Of a stretch of 64,000 nucleotides of DNA, positions 42,301-51,683 are shown piece by piece; the stretch's first letter is position 1; each line of letters begins with the position of its first letter. This DNA comes from a virus: the IMG/VR virus record IMGVR_UViG_3300023175_000009. One strand, written 5' to 3'. Both the position numbers and the translations under genes were made by a program. The notes under the pieces were generated by a model that saw nothing but the letters and a program-made list of their open reading frames with translations, had not been told where the DNA came from and searched no databases.

Positions 42301-44767
42301 TAGGACTTAATGCAGGATAACCTGGAATAGTAATTGTGCAAATTGCCAATTCACCTTCACTAGTTTTTGGAGGAATAGGACGATCTGCTTCATTACCTTT
42401 TACTAAATTAAGAATACCATAAGAGTTCATAGTAATTACATCAATTCTCTTATTATATGCTTCTATATCTGCATTTGAATTACCATTAAGAGCAGGAATA
42501 ACATGATTACCAGCATTATCACTAAACGAAACTGTATATGCTCCGACCGCAGTTGTAATTGTAGGAGCAGAAGCTGGAGTTAGTTGATTATAATCTGCTA
42601 AAGCGTCTTTATTAACGTAAGGTCTAAAGTCATAGCATTCTCTTAAATTATATTCTATTCCATTTTTGCCTGTATATACTGGAATACTCCAAGAACGAAT
42701 TTTACCTGCAGGCAATGAAGTTGATGTATCATCAACAGGATAACTATTAACATTAAAGAAATAATCACCTGTAGAAGTATTTAATTGGAATACTTTAAGT
42801 TGAATAGTTAATACGCCGTTTGCCGGTAATGGTCTACCTGGAATATATTCCATGTATGATATATCATAGTATCCATCTTTCTGATTTGTTTGTAATCTAA
42901 AACTGTCTTTATATTCTGTTAATGCTGTATCTTGTACAGACATAATCTCAACTACATCAGGAAAACCTAAACTGTATTTAGTTGTTGCTGATGTAAAATT
43001 AACTTTAATATATGGCTCAACTGCAACTTTATTATATGGCTCAACACCAACTTTTCTAATATTATAATAGAGTTTACCAGATGAATCTGAACTATAGGCA
43101 GGATCTAAATCAATATTAAGTTCTGTATTGTTATTTGAAGTAGTATAATTTGTAATAGGAATAATCTTATTAGAAGCATCTACAAATAACATATCAGTAT
43201 TTTCTACCGCAAAATCTGTATCCGCATCTGCAACAACAGTAAATTGATTAGCAGCAATACCTGTAATGTCTTTACTTACTCTTACTGGTAAATTAATATT
43301 TGTAATAGATTTTATACTTGACGTACCGGTTGGGAAAATAGCAGGAGCTTTATGTTGTTCATGTAAAATTGAACTGGCATCAATACCTACTTTATCAGCA
43401 TTTAAATAATTGTTATTAATTGAAACAACATCTTTAATAGAATTACTTCCTGTCATATTAACAGCAAATAAGTATACTTCACTCGGCGTAATATTTCTTA
43501 CAAATGCTGTACCAATTTTTGCATTACTTGAATTAATTAAATCAACTGGATCATATTCTAAATTAAGTTGACTTCCAGTATTTGCAGTAGTAATATTTAC
43601 ATATGCACCATAATTAAATGATGTAGCACTTGATTGTGTAAATGTATTTGCAACTTCATCAATTGCAAAATTAGAATCACCTCTTTGTTCTACTCTATAA
43701 CCTTTGACATATGCAATACCTTTTCCAACTAATGCATTTAATACATTATTTCTACGTTCTGCATTAACTTTAAATCTTTCAACAACATAGTTACCTGATT
43801 CTTCATATGTTCTATTTGCAAGTTCTGTTGCAATAGAATTAAATTGAGAAACATCTCTTAACGTAACAGCAGCTCCATTTTTATATCTTATTAATGAAAA
43901 GAAATTAGAGTCAACATCTGCAAGAGTTGTGTCTTTAGTAACTAATGATGGGATTAATTTGAGTCTATCTGCACCCGGCGCGTTTTCATTAGATGATCCA
44001 TTTGCATTATCATATAAAGATGGATCTTGTAATGATGAAATTAATTCTTCTTTTACTTCAAAGCCAACAGATACACCATCAGGATTATCGTCATACTTAG
44101 AAACAATTAATGTTTGTGCATCAGAAAATAAGAAATGACCTTTTTGGAAAATTACACCAGCAGATGATTGAATACCAAATGATTTACCAACTGGATCTGT
44201 TTGTAATGTAACGTTAATATTTTCTATATTTAATTCTGAGCTATAAATTGCTCCACCATTATATTTGTAACGATTAATTCTTAATTGCTCACCAGCAATA
44301 AACTGTTTATAACCGCCAGTTTCATTTGAATTTGTATAGTTAATATAGAAAGTATTTAAATTAGGTGGACGAGTTTCAAATCCACGAGTAGCAGAAACAA
44401 TATTTGCTTTAAGTCCAGATTGTACACCTTCTAATTCATATGCAACATCAATTTCTGTTTCAACACCACCAATAATATCTGTATCTGCACCACCAATAAG
44501 TGTTTGTACATCAACACCAGATTTATCAACTACTTTAACATATTGTAAACCGTCCAAATCAGTAAATGTACAACCTTTAATAATACTTCCATCTTGGAAA
44601 ATATTATCTCCAAATTGCTCTACTTGGTTTTGTAAAATAGTTTGAAGTTGAGTTAATTCTCTTGCTTGAACCGCATATGCAGGTTTAAACAATATCTTAT
44701 AGAATTGATTTTCTATATCGAAGTCATCGAAATATGGTGCTATGTTTAAATCTGTATTAATTGGCAT
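39311..44767 (-). CDS. DUF4815/VrlC-like large virion structural protein (1818 aa)
   Basis: N-terminus TDLNIAPYFDDFD...LFKP..AVQARELTQLQTILQNQ, APGADRLK, RTYEESGNY and DPIAQTF motifs; follows gp8. Confidence 0.85.
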   Translation of the reverse strand: MPINTDLNIAPYFDDFDIENQFYKILFKPAYAVQARELTQLQTILQNQVEQFGDNIFQDGSIIKGCTFTDLDGLQYVKVVDKSGVDVQTLIGGADTDIIGGVETEIDVAYELEGVQSGLKANIVSATRGFETRPPNLNTFYINYTNSNETGGYKQFIAGEQLRINRYKYNGGAIYSSELNIENINVTLQTDPVGKSFGIQSSAGVIFQKGHFLFSDAQTLIVSKYDDNPDGVSVGFEVKEELISSLQDPSLYDNANGSSNENAPGADRLKLIPSLVTKDTTLADVDSNFFSLIRYKNGAAVTLRDVSQFNSIATELANRTYEESGNYVVERFKVNAERRNNVLNALVGKGIAYVKGYRVEQRGDSNFAIDEVANTFTQSSATSFNYGAYVNITTANTGSQLNLEYDPVDLINSSNAKIGTAFVRNITPSEVYLFAVNMTGSNSIKDVVSINNNYLNADKVGIDASSILHEQHKAPAIFPTGTSSIKSITNINLPVRVSKDITGIAANQFTVVADADTDFAVENTDMLFVDASNKIIPITNYTTSNNNTELNIDLDPAYSSDSSGKLYYNIRKVGVEPYNKVAVEPYIKVNFTSATTKYSLGFPDVVEIMSVQDTALTEYKDSFRLQTNQKDGYYDISYMEYIPGRPLPANGVLTIQLKVFQLNTSTGDYFFNVNSYPVDDTSTSLPAGKIRSWSIPVYTGKNGIEYNLRECYDFRPYVNKDALADYNQLTPASAPTITTAVGAYTVSFSDNAGNHVIPALNGNSNADIEAYNKRIDVITMNSYGILNLVKGNEADRPIPPKTSEGELAICTITIPGYPALSPKEAAEQNKRDYAIKTQASGTEGYTMRDIAKIERKVESLEYYISLSQLEQDTENLLVLDENGLTRFKNGYVVDPFKDLNIANLIDPEFNAAVMSDREVLTPKQNHFPLDLKYKSGSNALPWPTSNNPEVGTLSRNAHVELLGQKYATNYRSCVSNFWKYDGIGQLSPQCDILPDVDTNPEKIELDLATPFKDFVTQFQKFYPLTKTDWKEIVGTVQIGDPNVWQRTEVQRGIESQLEVGTGKTKKIFDGSFVTDVAFEPYMRSKEIKIFVSGLRPNTRHYFYFDGEDVSSFMYNGTNVTDAAEIEKLGAIGQPIKGPNNEDIYPGTTDDDGVLTAVFGLPGGKFFVGERVLTIVDVPTYDNIDSASSSKAELTYYAYNVGLSSATLSTRPPEFTIRETETTRNLPRRRVPPQPSGDPIAQTFFIKKAMGQSSKNSPGSNSVFASKIDLYFKRKSDAGNGITVMLREVVNGYPSSEILPFSKVHIDAEDVNVSDDGESVTTVEFRAPIRLDTETEYAFVIMPDANDPNYLIYTSKVGGISLGGSTIGQAVSADWGDGVLFASTNNRAWKSYQDEDIKFTLYRHDFNALTGSVTMTNNDHEFFTLSSWSGRFNGPSRGVLDAPAEMVYKSIANSESVSLTTGNNVITSSTVNFETTYSAGDYVHVNDGGSNKEIFRIASVDSATEMTLTKPSPFTASNGAGEATPIVAGLISHYSSLDRSVMHLQASSATSTKKFVAGDTITGFDSGTTATIGTIDDINLSYIQPMIMKANDSITNVTMNGTFVDSTNPINTYNTPMNFGSNLYFNNGKGVVVYSKSNDPSRTKPFDITLEMENRGEKTSTPIIDFEVSGLLAYQYEITNTSSATSSKYISIPVELAEDLDAEDMEVIVTGFRPEGTNIKVYIRPQNPYDSSTFDNINWIELELFKGVNTYSNNRNLNDWREFRYKVADANKDSNGILQYTSDAGTFSGYRTFAIKIEMLAPTMFDVPTLKDYRAIALT

Positions 44768-44779
44768 TTATCTATTTCC

Positions 44780-46426
44780 TTAAAATTCTAAAACCAGTTT
44801 ATATTCTTCTCTAGAAGTTTCCGATCTTTCTAACGGGAAGAAGTCTTCCATAAAATATACTGTGCCAGATCTTTGTACATATCTTGACTCAATAACATTA
44901 TTGGCTACTGGATTATTTATTTGTATTCTCTGTCCTGTTGAATTAAATAAATCTTTTGTATAATCAAAAGAAATATCATTGTTTGTTTGATTAATATATG
45001 GTCCCATATAATCACATAAGTATACAGTGTTTGCTTGTCCATATATGTCATGTACTCTAGAATCAAAAATTATATTTTGATCTGTATCTACTTGATATAA
45101 TCTTCCATCGACAACTGCTTTTCCATAATCGTCTGTTATAACTTGAATTCTATTATCAAATACATGTGGCGATGCTGTATTACCACTTGCATCTGAAGTA
45201 AATTCTGGATTTTTTATAATACCAATTGCTGAATAATTATTTGTTGCACCTATTTGGTTATTATCATCTTCTGTAATATAACCATAAAGCAATATATGAC
45301 GACAATGCATTTCATCAATTAGATTCCAATTATGATAACCTTCTGGAGAAAGTACTGGTCTTAAAGTTGCTCTAACATCAATTGTTGTTGGATCATCAGG
45401 ATCAAAATCAAAAGCTGGATCTTTTACGGTTGCAGTAATTCTATGATAGCCAGAACCTGTTTCTAATACTTGTACTGAAGTAATACGTCCTTCACTATTT
45501 ACATAAGGTATTGCTACAGCACCTGTGCCATCACCTTTAATTTCTATTGTAGGAACAATCTTAAATGACGCGCCTAATGTTACACCATCACCTTGCGGAT
45601 CACCAACGACCGTGGCAAAACCAGTGCCAGAAGAATCTCTATAAGTATATGAATCAATTAAATAAGTCCATGTTTGTGTATTTTTAGTAAGGACGAGAGT
45701 CATTCCAGAATAATAATCTGTAATCTGACTTAATTCAGAAGATGATAATTGAACTTGAGATTGATTACCGGGTGTTGATGGAACATTTCCAACAGATACA
45801 AAAGTATAACCATTATTATCAATATAATTTTCTACAAAAATATCACTTACCTCAGCTCCTGTAATAATATTATTTGCATTCGCTGAAGGATTTGGATTAA
45901 TTTCAAACGTGCCATGTAATGGAATAAAACCAATAGCATTATAAGCTTCGAAATCAGACTCTGTAAGATAATACATAAATTTCCAAACATAACCATCAGC
46001 AGTTCTATAAATTTGATTGATTGTTGTTGGATTATAATTAGGTGGTACCGTAGAAGGATTGCCATTATTATTTGACAAGCATTTATAAACTCTATAATCT
46101 CCAGAGTCATTATTAGTTGGACCAACTACAGCATAGAAATTAGTTCCTTCTAAATCAACTTGATCATCATATTGAGTATATGTTTCATCCTTTTGCCAAG
46201 GATAATATTTAATCATAAACTTAAGATCATTTTGATATAATTTTTTACCAAAAAGAACTTTTTCTTTAAATTCGTTTTTACTATATTGAGAATTAACAGC
46301 GTCAACTCTTACTAATTCTTGGTTAGAGACAGAAGAAACCATAACGTAATAATCATTATTAGTTAAATCTTCGTAGAATAATCTAGCGATATCGTTTTTT
46401 AGTGTGGTAGTTAGTACTTCAGCCAT
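44780..46426 (-). CDS. gp8: Baseplate wedge subunit gp8-like
   Basis: YRVYKCLSNN...RTADGYVWKFMY motif and C-terminal EEYKLVLEF; synteny. Confidence 0.85.
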   Translation of the reverse strand: MAEVLTTTLKNDIARLFYEDLTNNDYYVMVSSVSNQELVRVDAVNSQYSKNEFKEKVLFGKKLYQNDLKFMIKYYPWQKDETYTQYDDQVDLEGTNFYAVVGPTNNDSGDYRVYKCLSNNNGNPSTVPPNYNPTTINQIYRTADGYVWKFMYYLTESDFEAYNAIGFIPLHGTFEINPNPSANANNIITGAEVSDIFVENYIDNNGYTFVSVGNVPSTPGNQSQVQLSSSELSQITDYYSGMTLVLTKNTQTWTYLIDSYTYRDSSGTGFATVVGDPQGDGVTLGASFKIVPTIEIKGDGTGAVAIPYVNSEGRITSVQVLETGSGYHRITATVKDPAFDFDPDDPTTIDVRATLRPVLSPEGYHNWNLIDEMHCRHILLYGYITEDDNNQIGATNNYSAIGIIKNPEFTSDASGNTASPHVFDNRIQVITDDYGKAVVDGRLYQVDTDQNIIFDSRVHDIYGQANTVYLCDYMGPYINQTNNDISFDYTKDLFNSTGQRIQINNPVANNVIESRYVQRSGTVYFMEDFFPLERSETSREEYKLVLEF

Positions 46427-46447
46427 TTCTTATCCAATCTTTTGTAA

Positions 46448-46455
46448 TATTTATA
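46448..46455 (-). promoter_or_regulatory. T4-type late promoter TATAAATA
   Basis: Exact consensus 21 nt upstream of the gp8 ATG. Confidence 0.8.
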
Positions 46456-46463
46456 ATCACAGT

Positions 46464-48152
46464 CTAGCCTCTTCTTCTAATTCTTGGTCTAGGATATGCA
46501 GTACCAGACGTAGGTCTTACTGCAAAATTTCTTTGTGGAAAATTATTTCCATCTATTTGTCTTTGATTAATCCATCTAGCATATTTGTTATCGCCAAATT
46601 GTAAACTTACTCTATCTGTAGGATCATCTGTATTTGTATCGTACATTTTATTATCATTAGCATTATCAACAATCCAAGCATGAGCTTCCTCTTGATTCAT
46701 ATTTGGCCAACTTTCAGCAAGCAAAGCAAGTATTCCTGCAACCTGCGGTCCGGACATACTTGTTCCTTGATATTTACCAATAGCATAACTAGCATTTCTT
46801 GGATCATTTACACCACTACCTGCTCCTCCACTAGAAGCTCTATGTAAAGAACTATTAATCGCTTCACCTGCGGCATAAACATCTACTTGACTTCCACAAT
46901 TACTAAATGTTGCTTTTTCTTCTGTTGTATTATTACATACGGCACCAACTGTTATAACAGGGGCGTAGCCTGCTGCTGATCCTGTACCTCTATGTAAATA
47001 CCAACTAAAATTAACGCCTTGATAAACCATTTCAAAATAATTATTATAATCTTGGTCATTACTATTAACAATCTTCCAACTATCATTTCCTGCAGAAGCT
47101 ACAATAATAATTCCATCATCAATAGCATCTTGGATATCAGCTTCACGAGATGTAAAATAATTCGGAATACTCATTGTAGTACTTGCATTAGTATAGCAAC
47201 CTCTTGCTTCTAACTCAGCAACGGTTAGATCTCTACCAGGATTAAAATCAACTCCTCTATAATTTATTCTAGTAATAGCACCTGTAGTATAACTTCCAGA
47301 ATAATTTGAAATAATACTAGATCCATAACTATTATTTGATATAGTAGGATTTCTTCTGCCAGTTGCAGAATTAATTGGTTTTGAATTGTGCCAAGCTCTA
47401 ATATAATCCCACATTGTAGAAGAGCCGTAGCCTACATTACCCCAGTTTGGATTCGAACCATAAGGACTAATATTATAAATGTTTGCATCTCTAGCCCATC
47501 CTTGTGTATTACCTGCTACTGTTCCTGCGCAATGACAACCATGATCGTTATCATCCGCATCTAAAGCATTTGTATAAGAACCAGATCTATCATAAGTATA
47601 AGTACCTGTACCAGAACCAACATTATTTTGAAACCAATTATATTGTACAACTCTTGAACCACCAGAGCCATCTGAATTAACTGCAAATTCTGGATGATCT
47701 GGATCAATATGACCATCTACAATTAATACATCTACATTTTTTCCCGAAGCAGTAATTGTTAAATTATCAGTAACTAATGATGTTCCATTATCTCCCCAGT
47801 TAGTTCTATTATCAACTTCTGTTTCTCTTAATAATCCCCAGTTAATATCCGTTGCAGCAGCACTAAGCCAAGACTTTTCAAAATCTGCATTTGTAAGAGA
47901 ATAACCACAGGGTTTTGTTGTATTATCAACAAGTTCTCTTAAATCACAACCCCATACTCTTGGATCTTTTTTAACTTCTTCAACTTCTTCATCAGTTAAC
48001 ATATAATGCGTATTACGACTAATTTCTCTTCTATTTACTAGGTCAACAGCTCTGTCTGGAATATATAAATTGCCTCCCGGTGTTTCCATATCATTATAGA
48101 AATCTTCGAGATCTTCTTTATTATGGAGAGTGACAATCCATTCTCTTAGCAT
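46464..48152 (-). CDS. Subtilisin-like S8 serine protease (562 aa)
   Basis: Catalytic motifs VLIVDG (Asp), HGCHCAGTVAG (His), ASAGN (oxyanion Asn) and GTSMSGPQVAG (Ser); N-terminal propeptide-like segment. Confidence 0.92.
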   Translation of the reverse strand: MLREWIVTLHNKEDLEDFYNDMETPGGNLYIPDRAVDLVNRREISRNTHYMLTDEEVEEVKKDPRVWGCDLRELVDNTTKPCGYSLTNADFEKSWLSAAATDINWGLLRETEVDNRTNWGDNGTSLVTDNLTITASGKNVDVLIVDGHIDPDHPEFAVNSDGSGGSRVVQYNWFQNNVGSGTGTYTYDRSGSYTNALDADDNDHGCHCAGTVAGNTQGWARDANIYNISPYGSNPNWGNVGYGSSTMWDYIRAWHNSKPINSATGRRNPTISNNSYGSSIISNYSGSYTTGAITRINYRGVDFNPGRDLTVAELEARGCYTNASTTMSIPNYFTSREADIQDAIDDGIIIVASAGNDSWKIVNSNDQDYNNYFEMVYQGVNFSWYLHRGTGSAAGYAPVITVGAVCNNTTEEKATFSNCGSQVDVYAAGEAINSSLHRASSGGAGSGVNDPRNASYAIGKYQGTSMSGPQVAGILALLAESWPNMNQEEAHAWIVDNANDNKMYDTNTDDPTDRVSLQFGDNKYARWINQRQIDGNNFPQRNFAVRPTSGTAYPRPRIRRRG

Positions 48153-48153
48153 A

Positions 48154-49320
48154 TTAAGCCTCTAGTTGTAATAATTTAAGTGTAACTTGTACAGTAGCTG
48201 TAGAACCAGATTTATTTTTAACTGCGCAAGGAATTGTTGTAGTTGGAGTTGCTTCATTATTAAATCCAAATACACCAGGTGAAACTAATATAGTACTTGC
48301 TCCTGTTGTAATTACTTCTGCAACAACACCAGCATCTGGAGTAGGATCTGTTGTTTCTGCTCTAGATGCGTCTGCAGTTCTTGAAGCATCATCTGTATAA
48401 ATTCTTACCCAAGCAGCTTTATCTGTTTGAATTGACATTAATCCATAAGATTTAAATCCTGTAATGTCTAAATTACCACTAGCGCCATCAGCAAGAGATG
48501 TTGTTGTACCAGTTTTTGTAGTTCTTGTTGGTAACATGACTAGGCCAGATCCAGATACTAGATTAATAATTTCTGTATTTGATAATCCACCGCCGCTGCC
48601 ACTACTTTGTGCAACCCAGTCGTAATCAGTACCATTCCAACTTAATACTTCATTATTTGCGGCAGAACTTGTATTTAAATGAGCATCTACATCGGAATCT
48701 GCATATGAAACACCACCAGTTGTAACTGTTTTAAATGTAAAATTACCTGCACCATCGGTTGTTAATACTTGATTATTAGAACCATCGCTAATACCCAAGT
48801 CTAATAAATCTGCTGGAATAACTGGAGGAGTGTATGTAAATACACCGCTAGTATTATTATATGCTAAAGCACCACTGCTATTAGCGGAAGCTGGAGTACC
48901 AACACTTAAATCAGTAAGAGCGATTCCACCGCCACCAACAGCTCCAACTGATAAAAATCTAAAATTTCCACTACCATCAGTTGTTAATACAGTACCATTA
49001 GCCCCGTCTGCGATTCCTAAATCAGTTAAATCATCTGGAATTCTTCCTGGTATTAAAGTTATTGTTGCAGTTGTATTATTATAGTTTAATGAAAAAGTAT
49101 TTGCTGTGTTAGCAGTATTAACACTAATATTATTTGCTGTGAATAAGGTTGGCAAACCCTGTAAATCTCCGTAATCTCCAGATGTTGCAACTGCCGGCAA
49201 ACCCGCATCGAAGTTATACAATTCTGTAAAATTATCATTAACTTTATCAAAAGCATCTCTTATAGGATCGCCATTTCCATCATTAGGAGCTAATCCGATA
49301 TTAATTGTTTGCTTTGCCAT
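48154..49320 (-). CDS. Baseplate protein with gp9/gp10-type N-terminus (388 aa)
   Basis: MAKQTINIGLAPNDGNGDPIRDAFDKVNDNFTELY; duplicated DLxDLGIxDG...VLTTDGxGNF. Confidence 0.7.
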   Translation of the reverse strand: MAKQTINIGLAPNDGNGDPIRDAFDKVNDNFTELYNFDAGLPAVATSGDYGDLQGLPTLFTANNISVNTANTANTFSLNYNNTTATITLIPGRIPDDLTDLGIADGANGTVLTTDGSGNFRFLSVGAVGGGGIALTDLSVGTPASANSSGALAYNNTSGVFTYTPPVIPADLLDLGISDGSNNQVLTTDGAGNFTFKTVTTGGVSYADSDVDAHLNTSSAANNEVLSWNGTDYDWVAQSSGSGGGLSNTEIINLVSGSGLVMLPTRTTKTGTTTSLADGASGNLDITGFKSYGLMSIQTDKAAWVRIYTDDASRTADASRAETTDPTPDAGVVAEVITTGASTILVSPGVFGFNNEATPTTTIPCAVKNKSGSTATVQVTLKLLQLEA

Positions 49321-49361
49321 TTTTCTATTCCTATTTTAATTTGTTTAATTTATTATTTATT

Positions 49362-51683
49362 TTATCTTGCAAGGTCAGCAGCAAATGAAGTAGTATCTAC
49401 TGTATAAACATAATTATCTGCTGTTACAACTTGACTTCCTATACTTTGACCTGGACCGACAATTGGATTACCGCCTTTAATATAATCATCTTTAGTTTGT
49501 ACAAACATCTTAGCACCAAGTCCAACTGAAGCTTTATTTTTATAAATGAAGTCTCCATATAATTTAGTACCTGCTAAATGCATACTTTCTTTTAATACAG
49601 TTTCATAACGTTTAGGATCAATTGTAGATTTAATTTCATAAGAAAATTCTTGATAATAATCACTATCTTGTATTTTCATTTGAGAATCGTAATAAAAATC
49701 TTCTCCATCTTCTGCTAATGTTTTAGTATATCCATTAATATGAGATGTTGTTGATCCCCAAAATCCTGCAGTAATACCTTGTGAATTTGCTCTTAATTCT
49801 GCTTCTGCATGACGAGTTCCTTCATCATCTGTTAGATATACTGTTTCTTTATCAATATAACCAAAACCAGAATTTAAAACTTTTGCTGCAGCAATTCTTC
49901 CTTGTGAAAATAATGTTTTTGAAAATAAATCAGCGTTATCACCAAATTGTTCAGAGCTATAATCTACCTCAACAGAAATTACTTCGAAGTAATTACCGAA
50001 ATGGTTAACATTAAAGCCTTTCTTAAATCCATAATAACTATAAGGTCTTACATTAATATATTTTAAATTACTATTAACTCCTAAAATAACACCACTAACA
50101 ATTACACCCCCACCTTGATTTTGAGATATAACATCTCCTTCAGAAAAAGATGCATTAAAATCATCAAATGTTAAAATTTGGTTTCTTCTGTCAAAACCAA
50201 TCATTACCTCATCTTTAACGAGAGTCCAAACATCATTAACATAATTTTCGCCAGGATCGATATTTTCAAATGTTTCAATAGTACCAATATCAAATGGAGT
50301 TAAATCGAAAGCATCTTCTAATGCTGTAGCAAGTGTTACTGGATCTGTATTACCAGACATTGGTTGGGTCGCAGGAGGGACAGCATTAAAATTCGATGAA
50401 TTTAATGGTACATTTAAAAAGCCTGCTAATTTATCTGTAATGAGACTAACAGTTTCAATATTACTTAATGTTTCTACTTTAGCATGAGTAGGATCACCGG
50501 TATTTGCATATAACGGACCAGGCGATGAATCATTTTTTCCACCTACTGTTAAAATACCATCAGGCGCTGAATTAGCATTATAAAATGGAATTACAATATT
50601 TGGACTTCTGTCCATTGTTTCAATCGTGCGGCCCCATGCAAATTCTTGTCCACCTTCCATTTTTAAACCAACTGCAATACCATTTTGTCCAATAACAGTA
50701 CCGACATTATTTGCACTATCTTTTAATCTTTCTAATACGGTAAATCTTCTTGGTTCATTTGGTATAACTAATACTTGATTAGATACAAGTATTTTAGTAT
50801 TTTCTATTGTATATCCAAATCCTCCATCAAGAAGATTGTAATCAATAGTACCGGTAAATTCATCTTCAAGATCGGTTACGATACATGTACCGCCTTTACC
50901 ATATTCAGATTCTAAATTAAATATATCACCTACTTTATTTCCAGTTGTTCCGCCGTATCCTAAATTTATTTCTAATTCATCAGCAGAACCATTTAATTTT
51001 CCGAATGAAATATCCTCTCCATCAATTCGAGAAACGATCTCATCAAATTTTACAAACTTACCTTTTGGATTAGAAATGTAAATAATAGGAGTGAGTGTTT
51101 TATTAAGAAAAACAAAATTAATTTTATCTACAACTGCTCTTGCTTTAGAAATAGATCCGACAATATCTCTACTAATTAAATCTAAATACGTGTATATAAT
51201 TGTACCCGCTCTATTTGGAAACTCATTATTATTTTGCATCATTTGCAAATAAGTACCAGTTTGCCATTTTGAATCAGATGGCTTTAACATATATTTAGAA
51301 GGATAGATTACATCAATATCTTCTTCATAAAACATTCTAAAAAATAATCTAATACCCGATTCAGTACCCTTTCTTCGATATAGATCTAAAATGTTTTTAA
51401 TTACAAATTTTGTTTTTTCATCAGATAATACAGGAAGATCTGCCATGAATTTCTTTCTAAAGAAATCAAGCATTGAATCTAATGTTTGACTAATATCTCT
51501 ATATTCAAATAATCGTCTATTATTATAGACACTCATATCTGGTTGTGTTTCAAGGAATTCATAATAATCTTTTACTAATTGAACTAATTCGGGGCCATTC
51601 TCTCTAAAGTGAGCAGGGAATTGCTGTGGTATCTTAAAAGATATTTTCTTTTCAATTAAAGGCTGATTATTATAAAATGCCAT
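49362..51683 (-). CDS. Baseplate wedge subunit (gp7-like)
   Basis: LYRRKGTESGIRLFFRMFY and IQDSDYYQEFSYEIKS...HLAG motifs; follows gp6. Confidence 0.75.
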   Translation of the reverse strand: MAFYNNQPLIEKKISFKIPQQFPAHFRENGPELVQLVKDYYEFLETQPDMSVYNNRRLFEYRDISQTLDSMLDFFRKKFMADLPVLSDEKTKFVIKNILDLYRRKGTESGIRLFFRMFYEEDIDVIYPSKYMLKPSDSKWQTGTYLQMMQNNNEFPNRAGTIIYTYLDLISRDIVGSISKARAVVDKINFVFLNKTLTPIIYISNPKGKFVKFDEIVSRIDGEDISFGKLNGSADELEINLGYGGTTGNKVGDIFNLESEYGKGGTCIVTDLEDEFTGTIDYNLLDGGFGYTIENTKILVSNQVLVIPNEPRRFTVLERLKDSANNVGTVIGQNGIAVGLKMEGGQEFAWGRTIETMDRSPNIVIPFYNANSAPDGILTVGGKNDSSPGPLYANTGDPTHAKVETLSNIETVSLITDKLAGFLNVPLNSSNFNAVPPATQPMSGNTDPVTLATALEDAFDLTPFDIGTIETFENIDPGENYVNDVWTLVKDEVMIGFDRRNQILTFDDFNASFSEGDVISQNQGGGVIVSGVILGVNSNLKYINVRPYSYYGFKKGFNVNHFGNYFEVISVEVDYSSEQFGDNADLFSKTLFSQGRIAAAKVLNSGFGYIDKETVYLTDDEGTRHAEAELRANSQGITAGFWGSTTSHINGYTKTLAEDGEDFYYDSQMKIQDSDYYQEFSYEIKSTIDPKRYETVLKESMHLAGTKLYGDFIYKNKASVGLGAKMFVQTKDDYIKGGNPIVGPGQSIGSQVVTADNYVYTVDTTSFAADLAR

